A DNA stretch of 64,000 nt, taken from NCBI GenBank assembly GCA_965645245.1, contig OZ287068.1, forward strand, positions 434,001-498,000, read 5' to 3'. Shown one piece after another: positions 13,072 through 26,141 of this stretch (positions are counted from its first letter, which is position 1; each line of letters begins with the position of its first letter). The translations under genes were made by a program, and so were the position numbers. Under the pieces are notes generated by a model. That model was not told where the DNA came from, searched no databases, and saw only the letters and a list, made by a program, of their open reading frames with translations. Source of the DNA: Massalongia carnosa (lineage: Eukaryota).

Positions 13072-13896
13072 ATGCAAATCTATCTCGTTGTGTTATTTGC
13101 GGTTTCTTGTTCTGCGAGAGCCGGTCTCTTTTCTAATGATTTCCTCGTTGATCCTGGATCTGTAGACACTGGACTCTACCATCCAGGTCTAGAATTAGCT
13201 TTCAATATGAATTCTGATGGCGATGAATCGGTTTTGGGATTATCAGCTGATGGGTCAAGACTGGAGTCACCATTCGAAGGGTTTGACTTGGAATCAAGCT
13301 CAGCGCCAGTCACTAATGCTCTTCCTGGAGATCCAGCCAATTTTGACATGCTTGCTGACACCAGCGTCGGCTGCTCTCGGAGGAACAGCCAGAAGCTCAG
13401 GCGGGGGCAGACATTGTTCTGCCCCAAGAACCAGGACTCGACAACAACTGAAGAAGATCCCGAAGGCCCTCCCAGTCCGGTAAAACCGAAAACGCCAGAG
13501 AGGAAAGCTCTACCAAATATACACACGCTTAAAGACCCATGCCCTGCAACCACAGAAGAGTTAGACGCCGGCGAAAAAAAAGTCGCAGTATGCTGCGAAA
13601 ATGTAATAAGGGAGTATGACGGTAGCTATAGCGTATACGAGTGCCGGGAATGTAGGATATACGCTCCTCCCGCGATCATGTCTTTCTTCGGCGTCTCTTT
13701 ACTCCCAGCTAATTTCTGCCCGTAGGGAATGCTGACTCATTGAGCCCTTTCTGTTTCGAGCACAAACGAATCTGGTGCTGTATTACATACGCAGTGCGTC
13801 GCGGTGCAAGACGAACTTGAGATCATGGACTAACGTATGGCTCTACAGAACAGGCAAGGGCAGGACTGCCAGAACGCTTTTGGAATCATCCCGTGA
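13072..13896 (+). CDS. Secreted protein with an acidic low-complexity N-half and a C-terminal 8-Cys (C-CC-C-C-CC-C) domain
   Basis: Signal-like MQIYLVVLFAVSCSARA. Predicted introns 13652-13725 and 13794-13848 (GT, CTAAY branch, AG) give the C-terminus ...ECREWNADSLSPFCFEHKRIWCCITYANRQGQDCQNAFGIIP*. Confidence 0.7.
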
Positions 13897-14680
13897 GAGC
13901 AGCAACGGAATCTACAATCCTTGTATATCTTGTAAACCCTTGGGAAACCGACCGGATTAAGAGGGAAAACGAGATGTCTTGAGAGGTGTGGGCTCTAGAG
14001 AAGTTTAGCTTGAATATCCAACCCCTACCAGCACAATGAACACCTATCAGTTCAATGAACATAACACCGACGGCTGCCCGTATTGGGCTTAGTCCCAAGA
14101 TAAGATAAGATCACCTCGCTTAGTAGGAGGTGACCAGTAATAGGAACTCTTCATCCTTAACAACACGGTCATACATACCTTTATTATTACATAGCCATAT
14201 CGTCATAGTCATATACCTATTTCAACCGCTTATGTCAAACCCCAGGATCATACATTCCCTCTAGTCTTGCCTCATTCAAGCTCCCTCGCTTACAAAGAAT
14301 ATAATTTCCGCATCTCAACCAGAACACAAAGATACGGGATCAACCTACCTGATGCTTACATTCTCCAACAAGAAGATCCCCCAACCTGCGATGTATAGTG
14401 AACGCACCCCCCGAGCATTTCCCTAGCGATCCCTCTTCCACAGCCAAGCATTAAGAAGCTAATTTGGAGGGAAGGGAAGGTGAGGTTGCTCTTGGTTGTT
14501 GTGCCTGGGTAGACCTACGAGGTATTGGACTATAGGGTGAGCCCCACTCTTTTGGAAGCGATATTGTAGACGGTAATATTGGCGTGTGGTGACGAAACTG
14601 GAGAGTCAGTCGACGTAGTGGCCGTATGTTCCACAGCCCCCCTCATGCCCCTAGAACAGCCTCTTCATGCGACGGATCCA

Positions 14681-15319
14681 TCAATCATCATCGCAAATGA
14701 CAACCCCGGCCCCCTGCACCTCTCCCACCATCCCTACTACCTCCATCTCCTCCCCTCCACACTCTCCCGCTCCCCCTCCCGGAGCCCTATCCTCCCCCCC
14801 ACTCCCCTTCTCCCCTCCCCCTTTCCTCCCCCTCCTCTTCTCCCTCCTCCTCTTCCTCCTCTCCCTCTTCTCCCCCTCACGCCTCCCCAGCTCCTCCCTC
14901 TTTTCGAAAAACCCCCGGTCCGCCTCTTCGCGCCGCACCTCCTCCTCCATCAAGCGCACCCGCTCGTACTCCCGCCGCCGACTCGCTTTGTACACGTGGA
15001 ACTCGCCCGACCCGGCCCCCGCGCTGGACCCTTGCACGTTGGCGACGATTTCCGGAGGCGGGGGCAGGCCCGGTTTGGACGAGGACGAGGATGTGGTTGT
15101 GAGGGCGGTAGCAGATTGAGAGGAGGAAGAGAAGGTGGTGGTGGTGGAGAGGGGGGGGGGAAGGTGGATTTCACGCTCCGGGTGCGAGAATAGGGAGGCG
15201 ACAAAGGAGGCTTGCTGCGCGGTGGGGGTGGCCGTGGCGGGGCGGGCGGCTTTGGGGGGGGGCCGCAAGCGCCGCGCGGCTTGGGATTGGGGGATGGATT
15301 CGGGGATGGGTTCGGACAT
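14681..15319 (-). CDS. PRKR-interacting protein 1 / DUF1168 family protein
   Basis: Signature [32 protein letters not shown] followed by a basic coiled region. Confidence 0.9.
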   Translation of the reverse strand: MSEPIPESIPQSQAARRLRPPPKAARPATATPTAQQASFVASLFSHPEREIHLPPPLSTTTTFSSSSQSATALTTTSSSSSKPGLPPPPEIVANVQGSSAGAGSGEFHVYKASRRREYERVRLMEEEVRREEADRGFFEKREELGRREGEKRERRKRRREKRRGRKGGGEKGSGGEDRAPGGGAGECGGEEMEVVGMVGEVQGAGVVICDDD

Positions 15320-16088
15320 TTCTTTGCGCTGTTTTAATTATTTCTCGTTCTTTGTGATTTGTGTTGCCTTTTTTTTTTTTGGTGGGAGGTTTTTTTCGGG
15401 CGAGTTTTGGAAGATGCCTGTTTGGGTTTAGTTCAAATCTGGTAGTTAAGCATACACGCATATTACTTACCTCCATGCACGAACTTCCATCCTCCAGCTC
15501 AGCTCAAGAACATCAAAACGTCACGTAACGAACATGAACGATTTAACTAGTCTTGTTTTCAGAGTTTCCTCTCTATCGAAACCTTGAGATCCTCCCCTCC
15601 TCCTCCGAAGAGGCGGCATACAATCTTTAAACAGACTGACAAACCAGACCTTCAGCTTGCTCCGCTTCTCTTCTATCTACTAACGAGAAGCGTTTAGTTA
15701 TATATAGCCTTTGGTTCACGTGAAAATTCCGATAATCCCTACGCCCAAATACTGCGATATATCTGGATCTTCATCTTCCCTCAGCAGGGCTATCGCTAGT
15801 TATTGTTTCGTGATTTTCCGCCTTCGCTGTTATGTAAGTGCGCCGTTGGGGGAATGGGAATTTTTTAGGGGGTGGGAGTTTCCAAGTGGTTTGATATGGT
15901 TGTGCTCGGATTTGATCTTGTCATGCTCTCCAGTCTTGTCTGTAAGGAATTATTGACACAATCAAGAAAAGGAAAAACATAGGATATTTAAAAAACATCG
16001 AAATCGAGTTTCTGGAAGCCCCATCCCCAACCCACCCTTTTATCTGTCTGATCCTTTCCTAGTCAAATGAAACCGAAAAACCAAAGCT

Positions 16089-16982
16089 TTACAGTTCCCC
16101 CTTTACGTTCCCAGGTTCCATTTCTACCCTTTCCATTCCCTCCCCCCCGCTCCCCACATCAGTCAAATTATACAACTCGGCAAAAGGATCCCAACTCGCG
16201 TTCAGATGCCTCTCGTACTCCATCTTGTCCGCCACGCCGCGCGCCGTGTCCTCGCCGAACACGTCCGCCATCCAGGCAAACAGAACGTCGATACCGGCAC
16301 TCACGCCCGAGGAACTCCAAATGTTGCCGTCGTGTACCCAGCGCGCGTGCGCGACCCAGTGCGTGCGCGGGCCTAGCGCAATCGTATCAGCCCACGCGGC
16401 CTTGTTGGTGGTGGCGTTGCGACCATCCAGCACGCCGGCTTGGGCGGCGAGGCCGGCGCCCGTGCAGACGGTGAGGAGATACCGCAGGGACGGGTAGGCG
16501 TTGGCGATGAATTGGATTTCAGGCGCGAGGTCGGGGGAGCGGGTGCCGATGCCGCCGGGGACGACGAGAACGTCGAGAGGCGGGACGGCGTCGAGGGTGT
16601 GCGTGGGCAGGACGAGCTGCGCGAAGGTGGAGTTGGCGCGGTTGTAGGCCGGGTCGCGGATCTGGGTGGACACGGGGGCGAGGTTGCGGGCGACGAGAGC
16701 GAGGGTGAGGTTGTGGCGCCAGGAGAGGAAGTTGAGGGCGTCAAGAGGGCCGAAGACGTCGAGCGCTTGGAAGCCGGGGAAGAGGAGGTAGCCGATGGAG
16801 TGGGGGAGGGGGGGAGGGGAGGAGGGGAGGAGGGCGCTGGGCACAATGGCTTTCGGGGGGGTCCGGAAGAGGTTGAGGAGCGTGTTGAGGAACGGTTCGG
16901 CTGTCGTTGGGAATGGGGCGAGGGCGAGGGCAAGGAGTAGAGGGCTTAGGAGCGCCGTTGAGTGGGCGATGAAGAGCCGCAT
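16089..16982 (-). CDS. DJ-1/PfpI family protein (isonitrile hydratase-like) with predicted signal peptide
   Basis: LFPGFQALDVFGP, DVLVVPGGIG, VCTGA nucleophile Cys, WVHDGNIWSSSGVSAGID; hydrophobic N-terminus from MRLFIAHS. Confidence 0.9.
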   Translation of the reverse strand: MRLFIAHSTALLSPLLLALALAPFPTTAEPFLNTLLNLFRTPPKAIVPSALLPSSPPPLPHSIGYLLFPGFQALDVFGPLDALNFLSWRHNLTLALVARNLAPVSTQIRDPAYNRANSTFAQLVLPTHTLDAVPPLDVLVVPGGIGTRSPDLAPEIQFIANAYPSLRYLLTVCTGAGLAAQAGVLDGRNATTNKAAWADTIALGPRTHWVAHARWVHDGNIWSSSGVSAGIDVLFAWMADVFGEDTARGVADKMEYERHLNASWDPFAELYNLTDVGSGGEGMERVEMEPGNVKGEL

Positions 16983-17091
16983 TGTGGATGGTGGAGTGGA
17001 GGATCTTGGGAGGTGGTGGTAGGCAACAAGAAACAACGGTCTTAAATGAGTTTTATGCTTACGTAAGCGTAAACAATATTCGTAGTAAAAA

Positions 17092-17307
17092 TTGCCTCAG
17101 TACCTCAGACGTGCCCGGCTAAGCCCCTTCGGGTTAGCCTTACAGAACGTTAAGCCCCTTCGGGTTAACAGGCTGACTACGCAGCGTGCTATCGCAGCCA
17201 CGTTAGTCAGCTGGGACGCTAATCCGAAGGAGCTTAGCGAAATAGGCTAACCCGGAGGGGCTTAGACGGCTTCCTAGAGCCCACGCACGTCTGAGGTACT
17301 GAGGCAA
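17092..17307. mobile_element. 216-bp non-autonomous fold-back MITE
   Basis: Perfect 23-bp TIR TTGCCTCAGTACCTCAGACGTGC (17092-17114 / 17285-17307); 8-bp direct repeat AGTAAAAA at 17084-17091 and 17308-17315; internal sequence largely palindromic. Confidence 0.9.
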
Positions 17308-17700
17308 AGTAAAAACTCACCCTAGTAAGCGCAGTGAGTCATCTCCTGTTACTAATCTTGATATCTAATGTAGAGAAATCTATTCTGCAGCGACAGCATA
17401 CTTCCCGTGATTGCGCTACTATGTCTTCCTTACCCTATAACCTGGATCCAGAAAACGTTTGGATACTGCAGAAGAGCTGAATCAGAATCAGAAAATTGAG
17501 CTGCAATGATCCCTTGAAGCAATTAAGCTATTTCTGAACGGATGCTGTGTTTGACATGCAATTGGTACCCAAAATCTCCCCAGTTGTAACATCGTAGCAC
17601 AAACATTCCCGCTATAAACTCCACAAATCCCTCATCTAAATGTCAAAAGCATTTCCTCCGGAAACACCCAGTCCGCACGCACGCGCAACATGAACCCGCC

Positions 17701-18552
17701 TTAGCCAAACACCAAGGCCCTAACCTCAATGCTCTCCCTCCCTCTCGCCCCGGGCCTCGTCCTCGGATCGACAAAAGCACTGTGCGGCACCCTAGCACCC
17801 TTCTCGCTATCGAAACACTGCAACAGGACCCTCTCGTCGTTGCCCACGCCGCTCCAATACCACCAGCGCTGGCCCTCGGTCCAGCACACCGCGGCCGTCT
17901 CGCCCACGCGATCCGGATAGCGATGCTGCACAGTGACAACGGCGTCGTCAGGCACGGAGGTCGAGTCCGCGAAAGCGAGCGGGAACGATTCGACGGGCCC
18001 GTTGAGCGGGCGCCAGACGTTGACGATGCGCACGCGACCTTGACAGAGCGTGGCGGCTTCGTCGGGCAGGTGCAGGCCGACGCGCGCAAGGGCCGAGGAG
18101 AGGGTTTGGTCGATGTGCACGCGCGTCACGGGGGCGCGGTGGGCGGCGGGGGCGGCGCGGCGGACGGTGTGGTCGAAAATATGCACGCGGTTGGCGCCGA
18201 GGATGGTGGCGAGCAGGAGCGCCTCGACTTCGGGGTAGTAAGTTTTGGCGATGGAGGCGTCGGAGGTGAAGTTGGTTTGCTCGGCCGTGCCAAGGCCGGT
18301 GACGAGCTGGAAGGCGTGGGTGTCGAGCCTGAATTGGGATTCGTGGCCGCGGGCGTCAGCGATGGGCACAGCGTGCTCGGCGTCGGTGAAGTTGCGCTGG
18401 GGAAGGCCGGCGGGGGGGGTTTCGACGTAGTTGAACGGGGGGGTGTTGTCGGGCGGTGGGGAGAAGAATTTCAGGGTGGCGGTTACGGGACCGCGGGGGA
18501 TGGTATTGTCCTCTTGGGAGGTGGAGGTGATAGTACTCGTCATGGTTGCCAT
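17701..18552 (-). CDS. AsaB/CmcJ-like hydroxylase/desaturase family protein
   Basis: Motifs HIFDHTVRR, VHIDQT, IVNVWRPL, PLAFADS, WWYWS, PHSAFVDP and RESIEVRALVF. Confidence 0.88.
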   Translation of the reverse strand: MATMTSTITSTSQEDNTIPRGPVTATLKFFSPPPDNTPPFNYVETPPAGLPQRNFTDAEHAVPIADARGHESQFRLDTHAFQLVTGLGTAEQTNFTSDASIAKTYYPEVEALLLATILGANRVHIFDHTVRRAAPAAHRAPVTRVHIDQTLSSALARVGLHLPDEAATLCQGRVRIVNVWRPLNGPVESFPLAFADSTSVPDDAVVTVQHRYPDRVGETAAVCWTEGQRWWYWSGVGNDERVLLQCFDSEKGARVPHSAFVDPRTRPGARGRESIEVRALVFG

Positions 18553-19497
18553 TCTGGAGAACTGACTTTTTTGTACGTATTACCTAGGTTATTTATCTAT
18601 CTATCGAACCACCAAGAAACGAAGAGGACCACTTCCCCTCCCTTTTATACACCCATCCCCCTCACCCATCAGTCATACAGATAGTCATACATATTTTTTC
18701 CCGGAAGAGCCGAACGGGATAGATAGATGGTCTTTGTAAGCAAGTCGATTAACAACCGCTTCCAGAATGAATTGATTTGAAATCCATCCTTTCAAGATAA
18801 AAATAAAATAAAATATCACGTCATAACGGGAGAAAACGGGTGGAGATGGAAAGGCAATCAACGGAATCACGCAATTTCTACTCTGACTAATTCAGCCTAC
18901 AGTTGCCTTGATTCATTTATTCTGTTTTCTCCTACATACTCGTATTCATGCTTATCCCCTTTCGCACTTTTTTGCACCAGCGCTAAACGCGGCCGCTAAA
19001 TTGGCGTCATTAGCTTACCTAGTCGCAGGACTGCAGGTGCAAAAGGGAAAGTAGTTAAACCCCTAGACACACATATACCTGTTTAGGAAATATACATACT
19101 ACTTCACAAGTTTGATCAAATTCAATTCCCGGTCATAATGGTTTCGTTGGACTACAGCCCCTTGGGCAGATCACAAGATGCCTAGATAGGTACCTAGATA
19201 CGAGCACCTACCCACCTACTGGCCTAGCCAAACCAGCCAGATATCCATCGAAATCTCTAACAACACAAAAGCTAGTCCCTTCTCAAGAAAAGGGCGGAGC
19301 TCCTGACCGTTCAATCTACCCCTTTTTGAGACTAAAAGACAAAACGCCCGAACCATGGGTATTTCCAGCTAAAAAAAAATATAAAAAACCCCCTTCGAGA
19401 GCAGCAAGCAACTTCTCATCATGTCTCCGTGCTTCCTTCCCTTTGACCACGGTGATGCACCATCAACCGTGTTCCTGGAGAGAGTCCTCGTTATTCG

Positions 19498-21404
19498 TCA
19501 TCCGTTCTTCCTATCATCGTCTTCGTCGCCACCGGCCAGCACCTTGCCAAAGAAATTCACGATCCGACCGTCTCCCTCTTCCTTTCCCCACACGCCCCTG
19601 CCATCAGCAAAAACCGCATCCTCGGTCCTCTTGCATACTTCCTTCCACCCCATCCATAAGTTCTTATCCGTCCACACCCCTCCCCTGCCCCCCCGCGTAT
19701 CCCACCAGTTCAGGCCCCCTTCGGCAGCCTCCCGCGCAGCAGCTGCGCCCTTGGTCGAGCGCATGTAACGGCGAAGCAAGACGCGAGAGGAGGAAAAGTA
19801 CCACATTAACGGCCACCAGTCGGCGAGAAGATGCTTAGTATCCCCGTTGAAGTGCAGCATGGTGGGAGTAGATGATGTGATGACGTTGGTGGCCAACGGC
19901 ACCTCGTACCAGGTAGGTTCTTCCTTTATGTTGTCGAGATTGGGCGAGAAAGGGAGTAGGATACTGTCCTTGGTTTCGTCGTTGCGATTCCCCGGAGCGG
20001 CATACGAGAAAGGTGGCTCAGCACGCTGAACATCTACCGGCAACGATAATGGGCGCGACGACAGTGATGGATAGGTCTCTTGAATATGTGAGACGAGCGC
20101 GCTGTCGTTGTAGGTGATGTACTCCACATCGTCGATAGAATGTGTCATGGTTTGGAACAGTTGGGACTCGTAGTCCAGGCCAATGGCAAACTCGTAGTTT
20201 TGTCCGGGCATTGCCGTCATGTTGTTGATAGTAGTATTGGCGGCTAGGGGTGACTCGGAGGTTCCAAGTGCATCCGAGAGCCAGTCAAGCCATCGTCCTC
20301 CAGTTCCTTGCGAAGACTTCCTCTGAACTTCGCGTTGATATTCCTGTTCACCAAGGATTTCGGCAAACACATACTGGTCCCCTATCGTTCCCCTACCCTC
20401 TTCCTCGGCTTTCTTGACCGCATAATCATACAGCTTCCTTACTTGGGCGACAGGGCCAATGACTGTACCCGAGTTCAAGTATCTCGGTCGCATCAGGAAC
20501 GATTGAGGATCATTGTCTGTCTCAGGGCCATATATATTCTTCGGCAAGGTTGAATAGGGGACTGCCGCACACGCTGGATCCTGTGCGCTATTTGGCCAGC
20601 AAATCTTATCCGCCGCAAACAGGACTTTTTGGCTATACTTTTGAATCATCTCCGTCTCGCCGCTCCCCCGCGACTTTTCATGAACTATCATTCCATATCT
20701 CCTTCGTAAACGTTCATTTGCTTCACTAATCAATGTGTAATATCTCTCGATCAGAATCTGTGGCGGAAGTTGAAACCATACGTCATAGCCATCTATGATC
20801 AATACCAGATCGTCGTCCTTAACTTTCTTGTCATCGCTCAAAAACTCATACACTCCACGGATCTTGCCGGTATGACTACCTTTGCCCCATTTCGACTCGT
20901 CAAAAACCTTGCCATAGTTGATCAACGTCGGAGACGGATAATTGAGGAGAAACGAAGAGAGCAACGTCTTGCAAAGGTTCGGGTTCTTTTTAGATGCAGG
21001 GATCAGAAGATGGAACGACGGTGAAGTCTTCCTAAGCCCGCTGGGCAGCGTCGTGTTATTGCGGTGGTGCGGAATGGCTTGTGGCATTAAAGGAGCTTCG
21101 GTACCATCGGCGGAATTCGAAGCAGGTAAAGACGGGGATGCTGCCAAGGGGCGGTAGGTCGAAAAGCTGGGTTTAGGAGAAATCTATAACATGAGCAATG
21201 AGGCACTTGGCTAGGTCATGAAAGGGAATAACGCACCTTCTCAGAGCCTCTCCATGCTACCACCACCAACAGGACACAGACTACGGAAAGTAAAAAAGCA
21301 GTCCGGCTCCGCCTGGTGCGAGCTAGACGCATAAACATTGGCTTTGGGGGTGATCTTCTTGGCTCCGTGATGCCGTCGAAAGCATCGTAGATGGAATTTG
21401 CCAT
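19498..21404 (-). CDS. Type II membrane protein with PLOD-like glycosyltransferase (GT-A) fold, conserved fungal family
   Basis: Exon 1 MANSIYDAF... with a TM segment AFLLSVVCVLLVVVAW; intron about 21236-21185; main exon has IIDGYDVWFQ, LFAADKICWP, YLNSGTVIG, DQYVF and LHFNG. Confidence 0.75.
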
Positions 21405-22209
21405 TATTGATCTGGTTCAGACCTGTTGATCAATATTTGTATCAAAGAAGGTTAATAGCTGTTGAAAGCTTTTGGTTGCCTCGCCCACCAGATGACGGAG
21501 GGTGTTGGATGAAGGCGGGATGGCAATGCCGAAATCCCATTTATGAGGAAAACCTGCGCGCGTGGTGGGCATTGAGAGGGTCCTGCAAACGAAGGACTTA
21601 CGCTTAAACGAATCCAGTAGAAGCAGCTAGTGCCCTGTTTGTCACTGCTGTTACGTCATGTGTGGCCCAAAGAAGATAAAGGAGGTGCAACGAATGGGAG
21701 CGAGAAGGCTTTGAAGAAGAGAGAACAGCCTTCGTGGGAACGAGGGTTGAGAAAAACTCAATGAGTATCCTCAGGATTTGCTCATGATCTCTCCGACATC
21801 ACCATGCTGATTGATGCGGATTGATGCGAGGCAAGGCACGAGGTAAGGTTCCTTTACCTTAGTTCTCAGCACGGAGCCATCGTCTCCATCCCGGACAAAA
21901 GAGATTTATTTCCCCGTTATCTCCGAAACAATCACGGGATCTCTCTGCCCGGTTCATGTCGGACCATGCTCCGTACATTGAAAAAGTACCAACTCGATCG
22001 CCATTGGCGTCTGTCATATCAAAACACATGCATCAACGCGGCACAACTCATCGTTTTGACATAACGTCAAAAACAATATGCATACGCAAGCAGTTACATC
22101 GTCTATCGATCTGTCTAAAGCTTACCACCAATGCAATGTCGCTACTATGCCATCATAACATATATACAGCTGTTCCTAATGTATTTAGCCCCCCCTATAC
22201 ACCTTCGTT

Positions 22210-23965
22210 TCACAACCAAACAATGAAGCCAAGCATAACTCCCACTAGTCCCGCGCCCATACCAGCGATTTCTCTCCCTCCTGTCGCCGAACCTTTACCT
22301 GTGGTAGTAGCTGTGGCCGCGGACCTAGTGGCGGTTGCCGTTTTGGAAGCTTGCGATGAAATGCTAGCTCGGTCAAGAACTTGCCCTAGGGTCGGTAATG
22401 GTACATCCCCATTGATTTCCCACCCGCCCACCGTGGAAGTCGGACAAGCAGGCGGTTTCTTGCTGGGCGTATAAGCAGAGCTTTTTACTCCAGCCGGTGT
22501 CAGTGTGGCCCATTGGCGTTTCAAGTTGCTATAGTCAGGTGCTATGGGTGTCGGGGTGCCTGATCTGGGGTACCCATCCAGAGCATCGGTAAATTTCTTA
22601 GGATCGACCTTAGGACCTGATGTACACATCAATAAAAGTCTTCGACAAGGAGCAGGTCAAGCATACCATAGCTAATTAGCCCATAATCATTTTCTTCGGC
22701 GATCCATTCATATATTATAGTTCCTGACCAAGTACCTGACATGTCAGAGCCGAGAATAGCTGCTTGATCCGCAAAAAGACGTGGTTTGGGGATTTTGCAC
22801 CCAGTTTCGGACACGAAAAGCGGAAGGTTGTAATCTGAAGCATTCTTTTGAAGCATCGAGTAGCCAGATCCTTCGTAAGATGATTCCCCGCACCACTCAT
22901 AAACATTCAAGGAGAAGAAGTCCGCAGACTCGGCCTCTTTATTGCCACAAGCAAGGTAATTCTGAAGCACAGGACGCAGCTCTGGGATATCCGCTGTGAT
23001 AGGTTTAGCAACCGCAAAGCAGCAGGAATAATCCTTAGTCATAGACAAGCAGATAGATTGTGAAGGGACTAGATGGTATCCTCGCTCAAAAGAAACTCTT
23101 TCGGGTTAAAAAGACATTCTCGGCACTCCGCTCCACTGAAAAGGACGTGAAATTTTTAAATAGTGTCAAGTGTGCAAATATCAAGATAATTTTTTCTATG
23201 CAGAACTTTCGAGATTTGAGCTTACCTGCTGAATAGCCAACTGGAATCTTGCGATAGCCTTTAGAATCTCTGTATGCCTTGACGTCTCTAATAGCGGCCT
23301 TTACGAAAGGGGCGGCGTCGGATTGGTTTGCTTCGACTTGATTAAAACTAAGCTCTCATGCCAGGTTGAGTAGGACGTACCAAATGTCAAAACTTCATTG
23401 CCAACAAACACACCAGCCGTATTGTCATATTTAATAAACTCATCTAGGACTGCATTGAAGGCCGAGAGCGAGCTCTCATTCCAAGAAGGGGTTTCCTGCA
23501 AAGGAAAACGGTAAGCAATTGTGATTCCAGTTACACATTATCGATACCCACCTGCGCGATCTGAGTGGTGAAGGTATCCAGATCCACAAACAAATATATC
23601 CCCATATCGGCAAAGGCATTCATACAGCCCTTGTGGTCGACCGTGGAATCTACATGATAGACGCGTATAGTATTTGCCCCTAGATCCTTCATCTGCTTCG
23701 CATCACGCTTGCATTGGTCTTCGTCAATGAGTGGGTCGAGTGAGATGAGCTGGTAAGCCACCCCTAGGAATAACGATGAACACAAGAAGCTTAGCCAAAA
23801 GACTGCGAGAGGGTCACCTTTTATGAAAAATTGGTCCCCATCTTCCGTAAAGAATTTTGCTCCAACCGCTGATATTTTGGGGATCCCAGCGGAGACCGAT
23901 CTGGTCAAGCTGATCACTACAGCGATGAAAGTGAAAATGATAACGGGGAATGGGTTCGTAAACAT
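22210..23965 (-). CDS. GH72 1,3-beta-glucanosyltransferase (Gas/Gel family), GPI-anchored, multi-exon
   Basis: Signal peptide; [54 protein letters not shown]; Ser/Thr-rich stretch and hydrophobic C-terminal tail. Confidence 0.93.
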
Positions 23966-26141
23966 TATTTTGTAGTTATCTCAAGATAGCAGCTTAACAA
24001 GTATATGCTGTGAGACGAGCAAGTTCTATCGGAGACCCGATAATGAAAGTGCAGATTAATCTAAAGGGTGAAGGACAAGCTTTCAGGATTTTAAGTATGC
24101 CGCTGGCATGAAGAAAGAGCAATGGCTTTCGAAAATAGAAGGAACGACAGGACTGCCGAGAACGACAAGCAACAGTTTATCTTTAAACTTGAGTGAAAAA
24201 TGGTGCGGAGGTTGTGACGTGCACGATGCACAGACACTACCCGCTCCGAAACAAAACAGTAGCTTAAATCAGGGTTTTGGAGGCCCCCTTTAAAGAACGA
24301 GTATGCGCTAGATGAAAAGTAAAGAAAGAGATGTATTCTAGACCGCTTTGGGAAAAAGGGTTCAAGGGTCCAGCTTCATTGTCACGTGTTTTCTAGGCTT
24401 CACATATCACCAGAGTATGGAGTCGTTAGGCTAGATTCCTTGCGCAAACAATTATTCGCTCAGCTATCGACCTGAGATACTTGCGACAAATCAGCAACCT
24501 ATTCACATATTCACCCAACCAACCTTGCGACTATTTATCTGGCTTCTCTTTGGGCCAGATTCCCGAAGATGAGGGACAATGATCCAATCCTGTCGACAAA
24601 TTGGCCGGTAACATTTAAAGTAGGAACAAGCTATCGGTATAGAGAGAAATAAAATGACAATGGGAATGGGCCAGTTGCTGCTGAGTTCGGCGATACAGCT
24701 GTCAATTCGGACGTAGTCGAAACCATCCAAACCGCATGATTGCAACCACGTCTGATGGTCTTGTATCCTGCTGTCTCCAAAATAGTTACTGTCGTCTTAG
24801 AAAGAATTTGTTGAAAAATAAAGAAGCAGGCGGGATTCTACATGGCTTTATCGCATGTTTATTTTCGTAAACTGACATATCTATTCCGAAATTCTTTTTG
24901 GCTGAGGTGCGGCTGAGAATCAAAGGGGGAGATGAAATGATGAAAGTCTTCTACTCAATTGTAAGTTTTACTGAGAAGTTAGCGCCAACAATCAAACGAA
25001 CAATATGCGATCACGACAGTCTATGCGAGGCTGTCTGGCCGAGACAATAAACCGATCCCTGTCAAATGCCCGCATCCTGACTCATCCATCGTCCATGTTC
25101 TTTGGGAATGGATTCTAGAGTCGAACTATTCCAATCACCTTACATCCTTTGAGTAGGTATTTACGGAAGCAACCTTCATCAAAACGATGGTTTCGCACAG
25201 CTGAGTTAGTAATCTTACGGAGTACATGGTGCCAGAACGTAACCTGTCACGGCTGACAAAAAATCAGCTGGGAAAATCAGGGATATCCGCACCCATCCCC
25301 ACCAAAATCCCCAGCGTTATCCTCATGATAACGTTGAGTTATGTTTCACTCATGTATTTTGACATGCATCCCTCCATTTGGTGACGAAGGCGGCATTTTG
25401 CACAAAGGGTGCAAACTCTTCGTTTCCTCTCTTTAAAGGATAACAACGCCGTATTATGTGGTCGTTCATTATGCTGAGATATTGATGTATCATGCCCATG
25501 GGATGATTGATCGCTTCATACCTGTTTGGTACAACGTCCTTGCTTCTCGGGCAGTTGTCATACAGATACACTTCCTGAATTGGGTCAACCTGCATATTCA
25601 AATTTTACGCAATTATTTCTACTCCTTTAATCTCGAACAATTCAATCTCGGTACGATCTTTCTACTTTTGTGTTTTAGCACCTGTAACTAATCTAATTAC
25701 ATCATGATATGTCACGCACAAAAACAAATGCAAATCGAAAGAGTCCTGATAATTTCAAGGGCGTTTTAATTTTATGGACACTATAGCGTAAGCATGCTGA
25801 ACACCTGGAGAGGTGCAGGATTGGGTGAAACCTTCTTGATATCTGTCATCCCGTTCTCTTCGTTTCTCCGCTATTCAGCCCTGGCTATAAGTGCATGGCA
25901 ATATACTTATCAAAATAGTCATGCCTTTCAAATATCTTCTTCAAAAACCCAGTTTATCAAATAATACCCGTTAAAATATCCCAAAATGTTGCCGCCTATA
26001 ACCTGCAGTTTTTCAGTTCTACATTTTCAGGTTTTCTATTTTGCCTGAATCATCTTCTCTTAGCAGTGTTTTCGTCTTTCGGCTTTTTCTTCACAAAAGA
26101 AAATATAATAAATCATTTACGTAGGCTCCGTATGCTATGAT

